Of a DNA stretch of 64,000 nucleotides, positions 53,189-63,459 are shown in pieces (the first letter of the stretch is position 1; every line of letters begins with the position of its first letter). The position numbers and the translations under genes are program-made. Location of the stretch: the NCBI GenBank assembly GCA_963833985.1, contig CAWIAD010000001.1, forward strand, positions 2,144,001-2,208,000. Direction: 5' to 3'. The notes beneath the pieces are model-generated. The model was not told where the DNA came from. It made no database searches and was given only the letters and a program-made list of their open reading frames with translations. Origin of the DNA: an uncultured Planctomycetaceae bacterium (GTDB taxonomy: Bacteria; Planctomycetota; Planctomycetia; Isosphaerales; Isosphaeraceae).

Positions 53189-54487
53189 CTATCCTGCGCC
53201 ATTGGAACCGGACGCCACGGGATGCAGGTCGATGAGCACCCGGCCAATGGCATGGTCATGCACGTCGAGGACAGTGAACTCGATGCCATCGTGACGGAAC
53301 TTCGCACCAGGCTCGGGCAACCGGCCCAGCTCGTGGAATGCCAGGCCGCCCAGCGTCTGGAAATCTTCCTGCGTGGGCAAGTGCAGGTCGAGACGATCGT
53401 TGAGGATGTCCAGGGGCAGGGTCGCGTCCGCCTCGTAGCGCGTCTCCCCGAGCGGCTTGATGGGATCTTCGGGGGTCGGGACGTCGTGCTCGTCGTCGAT
53501 CGGTCCGACCAGTTGCTCCAGCAGGTCTTCGAGCGTCACCAGACCGGCCACCGCGCCATATTCGTCGAGCACGATGGCCATCTGGGTGCGGTTCGTTCGC
53601 AGCTCGTCGATGAGCTGCAAAGCATCATTCGTCTCCGGAACGAAGAACGCGGGGCGGAGGAGCTGCGGCGGAATGACGGTATGGGGGTCCTCGTTCTCCA
53701 GCATCAGGTCCCACAAATCCTTGCCAAGAAGGATGCCGGTGATGTCGTCGCGATTGGCCCCGTAGATCGGAATCCGGCTCCGGCCGGTCCGGCGCAGGGT
53801 TTCGGCGGCCGTGCTGACGGTGGCGGTGGCTGGGAGACTGATGATGGCCGTGGAGGGAATCATGATCTCCGAGACGCTGGTTCGGGACAGCTCTACAACA
53901 CGTTGCAGGAGAGCGCGTGTGGCTTCGGGAAGCTCCGCCTCAACGTCCTCGGAAGTCTCGCCCTCCTCGGTGCTGATCTCCACCTCCACGCTGGCGGGCC
54001 GTGGTCCGTTGCCGGGATGGCCGGCGAACCGTTCGGTGAGATACTCCAGCCACTCCGCGCCCTTGGCCAGCGGCCAGGCTGCGGCGCGGATGATGAACGC
54101 GGACGGCCAGAAGGTGTGGATGATGGGTTCGGCGTAAACCTTGCCGACGACGCCGGTCAGGACGTAGCCGAGGCCGCCAATCACAAGCACCAGCAGCAGC
54201 AACAGCTCGAGCCGTGGCGGAGAGTGCCAGAGGTCAAGTCCCACCCCGATCAAAGCGGCCAGCATCAGGCCGGTGACCACGGCCATCGCCTCGGCCGCCC
54301 GCTCCGTGGCCGTATCGAGATGAGCCACCTCGACCGCGCGCTCGGGCTTACCGTGATCGGCGCAATACTCTTCGAGCCGGCTCCGGGAATACGATTGCAG
54401 CGCCTTGGTGAGGGCGATGGAGGCCAGGTGCACGGCCAGGGCCGGCACGGCCAGCACCAGCATGACCAGGGGGGAGAGCCCGATCAC
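53189..54487 (-). CDS. Hemolysin/CorC family protein (CNNM-CBS-CorC)
   Basis: [14 protein letters not shown]...[25 protein letters not shown]. Confidence 0.9.
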   Translation of the reverse strand: MIGLSPLVMLVLAVPALAVHLASIALTKALQSYSRSRLEEYCADHGKPERAVEVAHLDTATERAAEAMAVVTGLMLAALIGVGLDLWHSPPRLELLLLLVLVIGGLGYVLTGVVGKVYAEPIIHTFWPSAFIIRAAAWPLAKGAEWLEYLTERFAGHPGNGPRPASVEVEISTEEGETSEDVEAELPEATRALLQRVVELSRTSVSEIMIPSTAIISLPATATVSTAAETLRRTGRSRIPIYGANRDDITGILLGKDLWDLMLENEDPHTVIPPQLLRPAFFVPETNDALQLIDELRTNRTQMAIVLDEYGAVAGLVTLEDLLEQLVGPIDDEHDVPTPEDPIKPLGETRYEADATLPLDILNDRLDLHLPTQEDFQTLGGLAFHELGRLPEPGAKFRHDGIEFTVLDVHDHAIGRVLIDLHPVASGSNGAG

Positions 54488-55086
54488 GACGCCAGCTCCC
54501 GCACCGAGGCTTCACCCTGCGGCGCCTGCACCCGGGGAATGCTCCGGAACCCGCCGTGGGAGTTCAGGTAGTCGCGCTCCAGCGAGTGCATCATGTCGCT
54601 GCCGCTCTCCGTGGCATCGTCGTATCCGCAAAGGTGGAGAACACCATGGGCAACATAGAGCGCCAGCTCCGCTTCGGCTTGCTCACCGAGCTCGGCAGCG
54701 CTGGCGGCTGCCATCTCGGCCGAGACGACCAGCTCTCCCGATAGTCCCTCAGCGCTGTTCCCCGAGAGGTTGAAGCTGATGACGTCGGTGGCCCAGTCGT
54801 GACCAAGATGCTGACGATTGATACGGTGGATGGTGGAATTGTCAACCAGGGCAATCGAGACCTCTCCGCGCTCGATCCCCTCGCTCCGCAGGATCAGGCG
54901 AGCCAGCCGGGCCAGGCCCGCGGCGTCAACGGGCAGAAAGCCCTGCGTGCTCGAGACCTCGACGCGGATGGCATTGGGTTCGGTGCCGTGCGGATGGCGG
55001 AACCGGGAACGGGCGGGCGTGGACATGAGGCTGGGGCTCGCGCGGTGCTCAGGCGGTTCGTTGTTCGGGATACTTGACGCGGCCAT
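54484..55086 (-). CDS. ybeY: rRNA maturation endoribonuclease YbeY
   Basis: INRQHLGHDWATDVISF, AHGVLHLCGYDD. Confidence 0.9.
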   Translation of the reverse strand: MAASSIPNNEPPEHRASPSLMSTPARSRFRHPHGTEPNAIRVEVSSTQGFLPVDAAGLARLARLILRSEGIERGEVSIALVDNSTIHRINRQHLGHDWATDVISFNLSGNSAEGLSGELVVSAEMAAASAAELGEQAEAELALYVAHGVLHLCGYDDATESGSDMMHSLERDYLNSHGGFRSIPRVQAPQGEASVRELAS

Positions 55087-57289
55087 GGTAAATGCCGATG
55101 AGTGACTTGATCAGGCTTTCACGGATCTCGGCGATCTCGCGCAGGGTCAGGCCGCATTCATCAAACTGTCCGTCACGGAGGCGCTTGTCGATGAGGTCGC
55201 TGACCAGGCCCTCGATGCGCGAAGGGGTCGGCTCGGAGAGCGTGCGGCTGGCGCTCTCCACCGAGTCGGCCATCATCAGAATTCCGGCCTCGCGAGTCTG
55301 CGGCTTGGGACCGGGATAGCGGAAGGCGCTCTCGTGCACGGTCGAGCCGTCCGGGCAGGCGCCGTTACGGCGGTTGGCTTCATGGAAGAAGTACTCCACC
55401 AGCGTCGTGCCGTGATGCTGTTCGATGAGGTCGATGATAGGCTCGGGCAGGTGGTGCTGACGGCCAAGGTCCACGCCGTCCTTCACGTGGCCGATGATGA
55501 TCAGCGTGCTCATCGCCGGAGCCAGGTTGGCGTGACGGCTAGTCGAGCCCACCTGGTTCTCCACGAAATAGTGCGGCTTGAGCATCTTGCCGATATCGTG
55601 AAAGTACGCACCGATACGAACCAGCAGGGCATTGGCGCCGATGCGCTCGGCCGCGGCCTCGGCTATGGCGCCCACGGTGATGGAGTGGTTGTGCGTCCCT
55701 GGAGCGCGGCGGACGAGCTCCTGCAACAACGGGTGCGTGATATCGCCCAGCTCCAGCAGGCTGATGCCGGTGACAATTCCGAAGGCGTTCTCAAGAAACG
55801 GCAAGCTGCCGCCCAGGAAGAAGCCGGCCATGAGCCCCCAGCCGGCACGCCAGAGACCGTCGCTGCGCACCAGGTCCATGGGCTGATGCTCCCAGAGACC
55901 GGCCGCCCAGGTGAGAAGCAGGTAGCCCAGGGCCGCCGTGGCGCCGACCTTGATGAGCTTGGTGCGGGTGCGCACCTCGTTCAGCGCCAACGCGCCGGCG
56001 GCGGTTCCGCCCATGACCACCAGGAAGTACGAGATGCCGCTCCCCAGCGTCATGCAAGTCAGCAGGGAGAGACCAAAGCTGGCCATGAGCGCGAAGTTCG
56101 GTCCATAGGCAATGGCGAAAATCATGGCCGCGATGGCGACAGGCACGATCTCGGCATTCCAGGTCTGGTTGGCCAGCAGCCGGACGGTCGCCAGGCAGAG
56201 CACGGCCAGTCCGCACACCGTGGCGATATGCTTCAGGTCGCCGGCGATCCGCGGTTCGTGCCAGAAGATGTAGTAGGCTGTCAGCAGAAAAAGCGCGGTG
56301 ACCAGCCCGAGGATGCCCACGGCGCGGCGCAGCCGGTCGCCCAGCGTCAGCGCGAGCCGCCCGGCCTCGTGTTCCATCTTCAGAAGGATGAGCTGTTCCT
56401 CGCTGATCGGCTGGCCCTGTTCCACCAGCACCTCGCTCTGGGTGTAGGTGTCGAAATGATCGCTGACGCTGGCACGCGCCTGGTCGCGCAGCTTGGCGGT
56501 GATCTCCGGCTCGTAGGTCAGCGTCGGGCGGCTGTCGATGCGATCGGCGAGGAGCTGGAAGAGAACCTCACCGGTACGGGGCGCCGTGAATGCCAGGACG
56601 AAGTCCTGCTGCACGGGGCCGCCCGGCTTGACAATTCGCTCCGGCACAACTCGTTCCCGGGGCACTGGGCGGGCTTCCGACCAGGGCCGGCCGACGTTGT
56701 GAATCGCCAGCATGGAGCTCGATTCCTCGGTGCGCGGCAGCGCTTCGGGGCCCAGGACCCCATGCTCCACCAGCGGCAGGAAAGCCTTCTGAAGCTGGGC
56801 ATGGAGGTTGTCCCGGCGTTGCGGCGTGTCGGTGGCCGCCTTGATGTCCAGGTAGGCCTCGGGCTTGAGCTTCCAGGTCGTCCGCACGGTCTCCGGCACG
56901 TCCTCGAAACGGCTCGACTTGGCGATGGTCACCGTCAGGTCGTCGAGCCGGTCTTCCAGGTCCTTGATGGGTGCGGGATCGTTGACCATCGACGGCGGCA
57001 CCTTGTCGGCCGAGACTTGGCGCTCGTTGCTGGTCTTCGTCAGGTTGCGGACCTTGAACTCCTTGACGTTGACCCGGATCTCCCGGTCGGGCCGCTCGCC
57101 GAGGCGAAAGCAGAAGGGAGGCCCGGAGCCATGCACGATCGCGGCGCAGGTCACCACGGTGAGTGCCACGACCGACGCGCAGATGAAGCGGGTGCGTTGG
57201 CGTGCCAGGCGGCTCTGCTTGGTCGATGCGGAGGGAAGGGTCCGGAGCTGGGCCCTGGGTAGTTTCGGGCGGCGTTTACCAATGCTCAT
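55049..57289 (-). CDS. 7TM-HD (HDIG) phosphohydrolase, PgpH-like c-di-AMP phosphodiesterase
   Basis: Extracytoplasmic domain, multiple TM helices, APGTHNHS, YFHDIGK, QHHGT, MADSVESA; phoH-HD-ybeY synteny. Confidence 0.88.
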   Translation of the reverse strand: MSIGKRRPKLPRAQLRTLPSASTKQSRLARQRTRFICASVVALTVVTCAAIVHGSGPPFCFRLGERPDREIRVNVKEFKVRNLTKTSNERQVSADKVPPSMVNDPAPIKDLEDRLDDLTVTIAKSSRFEDVPETVRTTWKLKPEAYLDIKAATDTPQRRDNLHAQLQKAFLPLVEHGVLGPEALPRTEESSSMLAIHNVGRPWSEARPVPRERVVPERIVKPGGPVQQDFVLAFTAPRTGEVLFQLLADRIDSRPTLTYEPEITAKLRDQARASVSDHFDTYTQSEVLVEQGQPISEEQLILLKMEHEAGRLALTLGDRLRRAVGILGLVTALFLLTAYYIFWHEPRIAGDLKHIATVCGLAVLCLATVRLLANQTWNAEIVPVAIAAMIFAIAYGPNFALMASFGLSLLTCMTLGSGISYFLVVMGGTAAGALALNEVRTRTKLIKVGATAALGYLLLTWAAGLWEHQPMDLVRSDGLWRAGWGLMAGFFLGGSLPFLENAFGIVTGISLLELGDITHPLLQELVRRAPGTHNHSITVGAIAEAAAERIGANALLVRIGAYFHDIGKMLKPHYFVENQVGSTSRHANLAPAMSTLIIIGHVKDGVDLGRQHHLPEPIIDLIEQHHGTTLVEYFFHEANRRNGACPDGSTVHESAFRYPGPKPQTREAGILMMADSVESASRTLSEPTPSRIEGLVSDLIDKRLRDGQFDECGLTLREIAEIRESLIKSLIGIYHGRVKYPEQRTA

Positions 57290-57456
57290 GGAAGCGTCTC
57301 AATCGGCGTGGTCGGCGGTCTGTCGCCCCACGCTGAGATGTGCCGGTGCCACGTGGCACCCGCTTCGCGAAACCAGCACGCACCCTGTATCAGCCCCCGA
57401 AGTTCGATGACTTTCTCCCTGGCGGGGGACACCGATGCGATCGCTTCCGCGCCGCC

Positions 57457-58482
57457 TCACCCCGAGGCGGACGAACCGGATGGTGACATCGTCTGAGGGC
57501 CAGACTCCTGTTCCGGCGGGTCGGATCGAACCTCGCGATCCCGGCTCGGCTCCTCATCCTCGTACGCATTGACGATTGCCTGCACCAGCGGGTGTCGAAC
57601 GATATCCGCACGGTCCAGCAAAACCGTCGCGACACCCGCGACGTTGCAGAGACGGTCGATGGCGTCGGCTAGCCCGCTGCGGATCGACGGCGGCAGATCA
57701 ACCTGCGTGACGTCACCGGTGACCACGATGCGAGCGTTCTGGCCCATGCGGGTCAGGAACATCTTCATCTGCGGAACAGTCGCGTTCTGTCCCTCGTCGA
57801 GAATGATCATCGCGTCGTTCAGCGTCCTCCCCCGCATGTAAGCCAGGGGAGCGATCTCGATCAGGTCGTTGTCCATGTAGCGTCGAATCTGGTCATAATC
57901 GATCAGGTCATGCAGCGCGTCGAGCAACGGACGGAGATAGGGGTTGATCTTGGCCTCGAGGTCTCCCGGAAGAAACCCGAGATGCTCTCCCGCCTCGACG
58001 GCGGGACGGACCAGCACGATACGCTTGATTCGCCCTTTTCGCAAGGCGGTAACAGCCAGGGCTACCGCGAGGTAGGTCTTGCCCGTTCCCGCGGGGCCCA
58101 CGCAAAGCACCAGCTCGTTCTCCTGAAGGGCTTTCAAATAGCGTGCCTGACCGTCTGACCTGGGACGGACCACGCGGTTGCCTTCGCGAATCTCCAGCGC
58201 CCCTGTGCTGGTTTGCTCGTCATCACGCAGTGACTTATCAATGAGATCCGCCACATCAGAGGACTGGATTGTCCGTCGTGACCGGTGCAGCAGGCGCAGG
58301 TTCTCAAAGATCTGCCTGGCCTTCTCGACCCGATCGGACTCACCCTCGACACGCACTTCACCGTGCCTGGCCAGCACCTTGACCCCGAGGGCATCTCGAA
58401 CCTGCCGCAGATGCTGGTCGCGACTGCCGAATACCGCAAGCTCCTCCGCATGACCTTCAAGACTGATCGTCGCTTCCGACAT
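57457..58482 (-). CDS. phoH: PhoH-like ATPase
   Basis: GPAGTGKT, RPAVEAGEHLGFLPG, YMRGRTL, DIVRHPLV. Confidence 0.95.
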   Translation of the reverse strand: MSEATISLEGHAEELAVFGSRDQHLRQVRDALGVKVLARHGEVRVEGESDRVEKARQIFENLRLLHRSRRTIQSSDVADLIDKSLRDDEQTSTGALEIREGNRVVRPRSDGQARYLKALQENELVLCVGPAGTGKTYLAVALAVTALRKGRIKRIVLVRPAVEAGEHLGFLPGDLEAKINPYLRPLLDALHDLIDYDQIRRYMDNDLIEIAPLAYMRGRTLNDAMIILDEGQNATVPQMKMFLTRMGQNARIVVTGDVTQVDLPPSIRSGLADAIDRLCNVAGVATVLLDRADIVRHPLVQAIVNAYEDEEPSRDREVRSDPPEQESGPQTMSPSGSSASG

Positions 58483-58719
58483 TCCCGACCTCAAACGGCC
58501 GCCGTGAATCGTGCAGAACCGCGAGACCGGGTTTGATCACCCGGAGCGGACTGAATCGCGGGGCGGCAACCTCTTTTTATTATGGTATCGAATAGGGGGA
58601 AAAAACCAGCATTCGAAAAAAAAGGGGCTGGCCGCCAAACCAAGCTTGCAACCCGCGATCCAAATCAAGATAGACGCGACAATTGTGACATTCCTGCCGG
58701 ATCCGGCTGGTGCTCTGAT

Positions 58720-59631
58720 TCAAGGACCGATGGCGACCCAGTAGGCGTAGCCCACCGGGCCGGCAAAGAGGAGCGAGTCCAGGATATCCAGCACGCCTCC
58801 AAATCCAGGGACCGCCGAGGAGGCGTCTTTCCGTGCCGAGTCGCGCTTGATCATCGATTCCATGAGATCGCCAAGCTGGGCGGCGATACCCACGAGGATG
58901 CCGAAGCCGATCGCCTCGAACCGGCCCAGAACAGGGGCATGCAGCACGTCGCCGGCCAGGGCGGTGACGATCAATGCCGCAGCGACCGCGAAGAGCATCC
59001 CACCCGCGGCGCCTTCCATGGTCTTGTTCGGGCTCAGGCTGGGCCAGAGCTTGTGCCTGCCGGCAAACCTGCCCACAAAGTACGCGCCCGTATCCGCCCC
59101 CTTGGCGGTCGCAATCAACATGATCAACGGCACCAGCCCGTGGTATGGTCCCTGTAGCCAGCGCAGCTGGAGAACGAACGTGCCAAGGAGCCCCACGTAG
59201 GCCACGACCAGGATGGATCCGGCGATGGTGGCCGTCGTTTTGCCGGGCTTGACGAACTGGACGCTCTGCACCAGGAAGCTGACCATGAGAACACCCACGA
59301 ACGTGAGCAGCGGCCAGGAGAGCGAAGCCAGCGGCTGCGCCGGCATGGTGGCGAGCAGTCCCGGCTGCGATTGGGCGTTCAGGTAGTCCGCGACATGGGG
59401 CATCCAGTTGGCCGTGACGATGGCCATCACTCCGCCCAGGACCGAGTTCAGGGAGGGCGCGCATCCCGCGGCCGCCAGCAATCCTGCAAGTTCCACGGCC
59501 GCGGCCCCCATGCCCAGCATCGCCACCAGCAGCCAGAGCGGGAACCAGGGAGCGAACCACTCGTCCAGGAAGAGCACCCCGAGCAGCAAGGCGACCAGTG
59601 AGAGACCGATGAAGACGCGCGTGCCGAGCAT
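58720..59631 (-). CDS. cdsA: Phosphatidate cytidylyltransferase
   Basis: DTGAYFVG, SPNKTMEG, GDLMESMIKR...KD...PGFGGVLD. Confidence 0.94.
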   Translation of the reverse strand: MLGTRVFIGLSLVALLLGVLFLDEWFAPWFPLWLLVAMLGMGAAAVELAGLLAAAGCAPSLNSVLGGVMAIVTANWMPHVADYLNAQSQPGLLATMPAQPLASLSWPLLTFVGVLMVSFLVQSVQFVKPGKTTATIAGSILVVAYVGLLGTFVLQLRWLQGPYHGLVPLIMLIATAKGADTGAYFVGRFAGRHKLWPSLSPNKTMEGAAGGMLFAVAAALIVTALAGDVLHAPVLGRFEAIGFGILVGIAAQLGDLMESMIKRDSARKDASSAVPGFGGVLDILDSLLFAGPVGYAYWVAIGP

Positions 59632-59728
59632 GTTGAAGGGAAGGCCCAGGTGGTCTGGCAAGGAAGCGGGCTGCAAGCGTCGTGGCAAGCCATGCCGGCA
59701 AGCGCCGGGGGTTCCGGACCTAGACACT

Positions 59729-60537
59729 CTACACCACGGTGGATTCTTCCGCCAGTGAGGCAGGCAGTCCGCCGAACTTTCGCTCGCGCCCGGCGTAGGC
59801 CGAGCAGGCCTCCAGCAGGTCGTTCTCGCGGAAATCGGGCCAGAGCGTGGGAGTCACCCAGAGCTCGGTATAGGAGATCTGCCAGAGCAGGAAGTTACTG
59901 ATCCTCATCTCGCCGGCCGTGCGGATCAACAAATCCGGATCGGTCATCCCCCGCGTGTTCAGGTAGGATTCGAAGAGGCTCTCATCCACCTGCGCGGGAT
60001 CGATGCGGCCCGCGCGCACGTCGAGCGCCAGCCTCGCGCGGCGTCGCCGATTTCGGTCCGGCCGCCATAGTTCACCGCCAGGCAAAGGATCATGCCCGTG
60101 TTGCCTGCCGTCTCCCGCGTGGTCCGGTCGAACTCGGCGAGCACTTCCGGCGGCAGTCCCTCGCGCCGGCCGATCATCCGCAGCCGGACGTTCTGATCCA
60201 TCAGCTCGGCGCGCTCCACGATCAGGAAGTGACGCAGCAGCCTCATGAGGAACCTGAGCTCGCGTGGCGGCCGCTTCCAGTTCTCGACCGAGAAGCAATA
60301 GAGAGTGAGCTGCTGGAGACCCAGGCGGCAGCCTTCCTCGACCACGGCTCGGACGCTCTGGATGCCGCGCCGGTGCCCCACGATCCGCGGCAGACCACGG
60401 CGCTGGGCCCAGCGCCCGTTGCCGTCCATGATGATCGCCACGTGGCGAGGCAGCTGCTCGGGTTTCAGGCCGACCGCCGCGATGCGTGCCAGCCCTTCAT
60501 CGGTGATGCCGGCGCCTTCTCGGAATCCTGAGTGCAT
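59729..60537 (-). CDS. uppS: Undecaprenyl diphosphate synthase (apparent frameshift ~60035)
   Basis: HVAIIMDGNGRWA, FSVENWKRP, NYGGR; second frame has PDLLIRTAGEMRISNFLLWQ, RKFG. Confidence 0.94.
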
Positions 60538-60597
60538 GACTTCCTCGGTGAACGAAAGCGGGCCCGGCGGGCGCGGTCCTCCCGGCGCGGATTGCGA

Positions 60598-61899
60598 TCA
60601 GGCGTCTCTGCCCGCGGCCACCGCGATGGTCTGTCGCCGATCCGGGCCAACCGAAACAATCGACGCCGGTATGCCCACCTGCCGCGAGAGAAACTCGACG
60701 TAGTTCCTGGCATTCCTGGGCAGGTCCGCCCAGCTCCGGACCCCGGTGATATCTTCCGGCCAGCCGGGCAACGAGTCGTAGACCGGCTGGCAGTGCTCGA
60801 AGTCGGCCAGCGACGCGGGCAGGTCGGTCACGCGCTGGCCGTCCCGCTGGTAGGCCACGGCCACCTTCAGCTCCTCGATGCCGCCGAGCACGTCCAGGAG
60901 CATGATCGCGATCTCGCTGGATCCGCAAATCCTGGCCGAATAGCGCACGGCGACGGCGTCGAACCACCCGCACCGCCGGGGCCGGCCGGTGACGGTTCCA
61001 TATTCCCGGCCCACGGTACGAATTCGTTCGCCGGTCTCGTTATCCTGCTCGGTGGGAAACGGCCCTCCGCCCACACGGGTCGTGTACGCCTTGACCACGC
61101 CGATCCAGCGGTCGATGTTCCGGGTGGGCACTCCCGATCCGGCCGCAATCCCCGCGGCGCTGCTGTTGGAACTGGTCACGTACGGGTAACTGCCGTGGTC
61201 GATATCCAGCAGCGACCCCTGAGCGCCTTCGAATAGCAGCCGCTTGCCCCTGGCCAGCGATGCGTGCAGCCAGGCGGTCGTATCCCGCACAAAGGGGCGC
61301 AGTTGCTCGGCGTGCTGGAGGTACTCGTCGGCCACCGCCTTGGCGTCAAAGGGCTCGAAATCGGGTAGCATGGCCGCCAGCAAGCGGTTCTTGAAGGCGA
61401 TGATGCGGTCCAGTCGCTCTCGAAAGACGGCCGGGTGGAACAGGTCGGTCATGCGCACGCCGTGCACCCGGCCCACCTTGTCGCGATAGCAGGGACCGAT
61501 GCCACGGAGCGTGGTTCCCAGGTGGTCGGCTTTCGACGCCGACTCCTCTGTGAGGCGCTCCTCCGCCAAATGGTACGGCAAGATGACGTGCGCCCGGTCG
61601 CTGATGTGAAGCCGCTCGCCAAAATGGACGCCTTGCGACTCGAGCCGGGTGATCTCCTTCAGGAGCGCCGGGGGATGGATGACCACTCCGTTGCCAATCA
61701 CGCAATCAATTCCCGCACGCAGGATGCCGGTGGGAACCAGCGAGAGCTTGTAGGTCACCCCCTCGTGCACCACCGTGTGACCCGCGTTGGCCCCTCCCTG
61801 ATAGCGGACGACCACGTCGTGCTGGTCACACAGCAAATCGACGATCTTTCCCTTGGCCTCATCGCCCCACTGGAGGCCCACGACGCAGCTCGAGCCCAC
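60598..61899 (-). CDS. purA: Adenylosuccinate synthase
   Basis: GLQWGDEAKGK, QGGANAGHT, EYGTVTGRPRRCGW. Confidence 0.97.
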   Translation of the reverse strand: MGSSCVVGLQWGDEAKGKIVDLLCDQHDVVVRYQGGANAGHTVVHEGVTYKLSLVPTGILRAGIDCVIGNGVVIHPPALLKEITRLESQGVHFGERLHISDRAHVILPYHLAEERLTEESASKADHLGTTLRGIGPCYRDKVGRVHGVRMTDLFHPAVFRERLDRIIAFKNRLLAAMLPDFEPFDAKAVADEYLQHAEQLRPFVRDTTAWLHASLARGKRLLFEGAQGSLLDIDHGSYPYVTSSNSSAAGIAAGSGVPTRNIDRWIGVVKAYTTRVGGGPFPTEQDNETGERIRTVGREYGTVTGRPRRCGWFDAVAVRYSARICGSSEIAIMLLDVLGGIEELKVAVAYQRDGQRVTDLPASLADFEHCQPVYDSLPGWPEDITGVRSWADLPRNARNYVEFLSRQVGIPASIVSVGPDRRQTIAVAAGRDA

Positions 61900-62181
61900 G
61901 GCATTCCGCTCCGATCCAGTCGGCGACCGTCGCCAGTCGCTTGGCATTGTAAAGTTACAGGGTAACGCGGGGATTCTGCGTCGTCAATCGCGGCGGTCCG
62001 CACCTCTTTCGTCCCGCGCTCGCTTTGGCCATACTGGAATCGAGGTGCCGGGTTTGCGCGCCTTGAGCTTTCCGCTTCAACCCGACGCAGGGTGCCCGGC
62101 CATCCGCCTCGGCGCGATACCGGTACGAATCGGGACATGGTGCGGATGGGCGAGTGCTGCCGCAAGCGAAAGGGTGGATCG

Positions 62182-63420
62182 ATGCGCACAGTTCTTGTCG
62201 GATTCACAGCCCTGCTGTGGGCCATCACGGCCGCAAAAATGAGCCATGCCGGGGACCTGGCCCCGCCTGTGCACGTTCTGGCCGGAGGGCAGGCAGTGGA
62301 TGTGGCACGGGTCGGCCACGCCGCTCCTTGCTACGGCGATGTGGACGGAGACGGCGTCAAGGACCTCCTTGTCGGCCAGTTTGACGACGGGCGGATGAGG
62401 ATCTACCGCAACCTCGGTACGAATGCGAGTCCCCGGTTCGATGGCTACGAGTGGTTCGAGGCCGGCGGCAGGGTCGGGACCGTCCCGGCGGGGTGATGCA
62501 TCGGCTTCACTCCACAGTTGGTGGACCTCGATCGTGACGGCAGACTCGATGTCCTCTCCGGCTCCTGGCCTGGTGAGATCTTCTGGTTTCGCGGCCTGGG
62601 CCAGGGCAGGTTCGCCGCCGGCGTGACTCTCCTGGCAGCTTCCGGAATGGCCGTGAACGTCGGCCATGCGGCCTCGGCCTCGGCTTGCGACTGGGACGGG
62701 GACGGCGATTGCGACCTGATCGTGGGCAACATCCTGGGTGAGGTTCATCTCCTGCGCAATCTCGGCCCGGCGTCCTCGCCTCGGTTCGTTACTGCGGGTC
62801 GGCTCGAGGCCGCCGGAGAGCCGATTGCCATGGCTTCTGGCGATAGCGCTCCGGTCGTGGCCGACTGGGACGACGACGCCAGAACCGACCTGGTCATCGG
62901 CTGCGGCGATGGCAGCGTGGTCTGGTTTCGCAATGTAGGCAAGCCAGGCTCACCGCGGCTGGCCGCGGCGCAAACGCTCGTCTCTGCCAGCAAGCTGGGC
63001 TGGAACTACGACGCGGCGCGCAAGCCGGGACAGTGGGGAGCGCGGGCGAAGGTCTGCGTGACGGACTGGAACGGCGACGGCAAGCTCGACCTCTTGCTGG
63101 GCGACCTCTGCGCGGGGCATCTGGGTAAACCCGCCCAGACCGATGCCGAGAAACGCGAAGAGATCGCGGCTCGGGATGAGCTGCCCCGGCTCAAGGAGAG
63201 ATGGGTCGCCACTTATGAGGAATACGGGGAACTGCGTCAGCGGATCGCCACCGGGAAGGCTTCGGCCGGGGAGGATGATGGGAAAGCCGGCGAGTTACAG
63301 GCTGCGATGAAGCGAATCAAGGAGGAGATCGTGGCGGTGCAGAAGACCCAGGCGCGGTACAAGCCGGGGTACCAGTACCACGGCTTCGTGCGGGTGTTCC
63401 TGAGAACGGGGCCGAGCTGA
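62182..63420 (+). CDS. Secreted FG-GAP/VCBS repeat protein, putative selenoprotein (in-frame TGA 62494-62496 read as Sec105)
   Basis: ORFs 62092-62496 and 62518-63420 are in the same frame, separated by one TGA: ...GTVPAG*CIGFTPQLVDLDRDG. There is a signal peptide and five DxDxDGxxDL-type repeats spanning the TGA. Confidence 0.75.
62497..62532 (+). promoter_or_regulatory. Bacterial SECIS-like hairpin
   Basis: ATCGG(62500-04)/TCGAT(62528-32) lower stem, TCCAC/GTGGA upper stem, apical loop AGTTG beginning 19 nt after the TGA with G at loop position 2. Confidence 0.6.
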
Positions 63421-63459
63421 CACTCCACGGTCAGCCGGGCCCCGGAAACGTCCCGCGCA

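Noticed and set aside
59729..60537. uppS or proA as pseudogenes or programmed frameshifts
   Set aside because: No slippery heptamer and no other decay; the pattern matches the window-wide indel errors
62494..62537. TGATG as a stop/start overlap for translational coupling
   Set aside because: The ATG at 62496 opens only a 13-codon ORF in another frame; the repeat protein continues in the TGA's own frame
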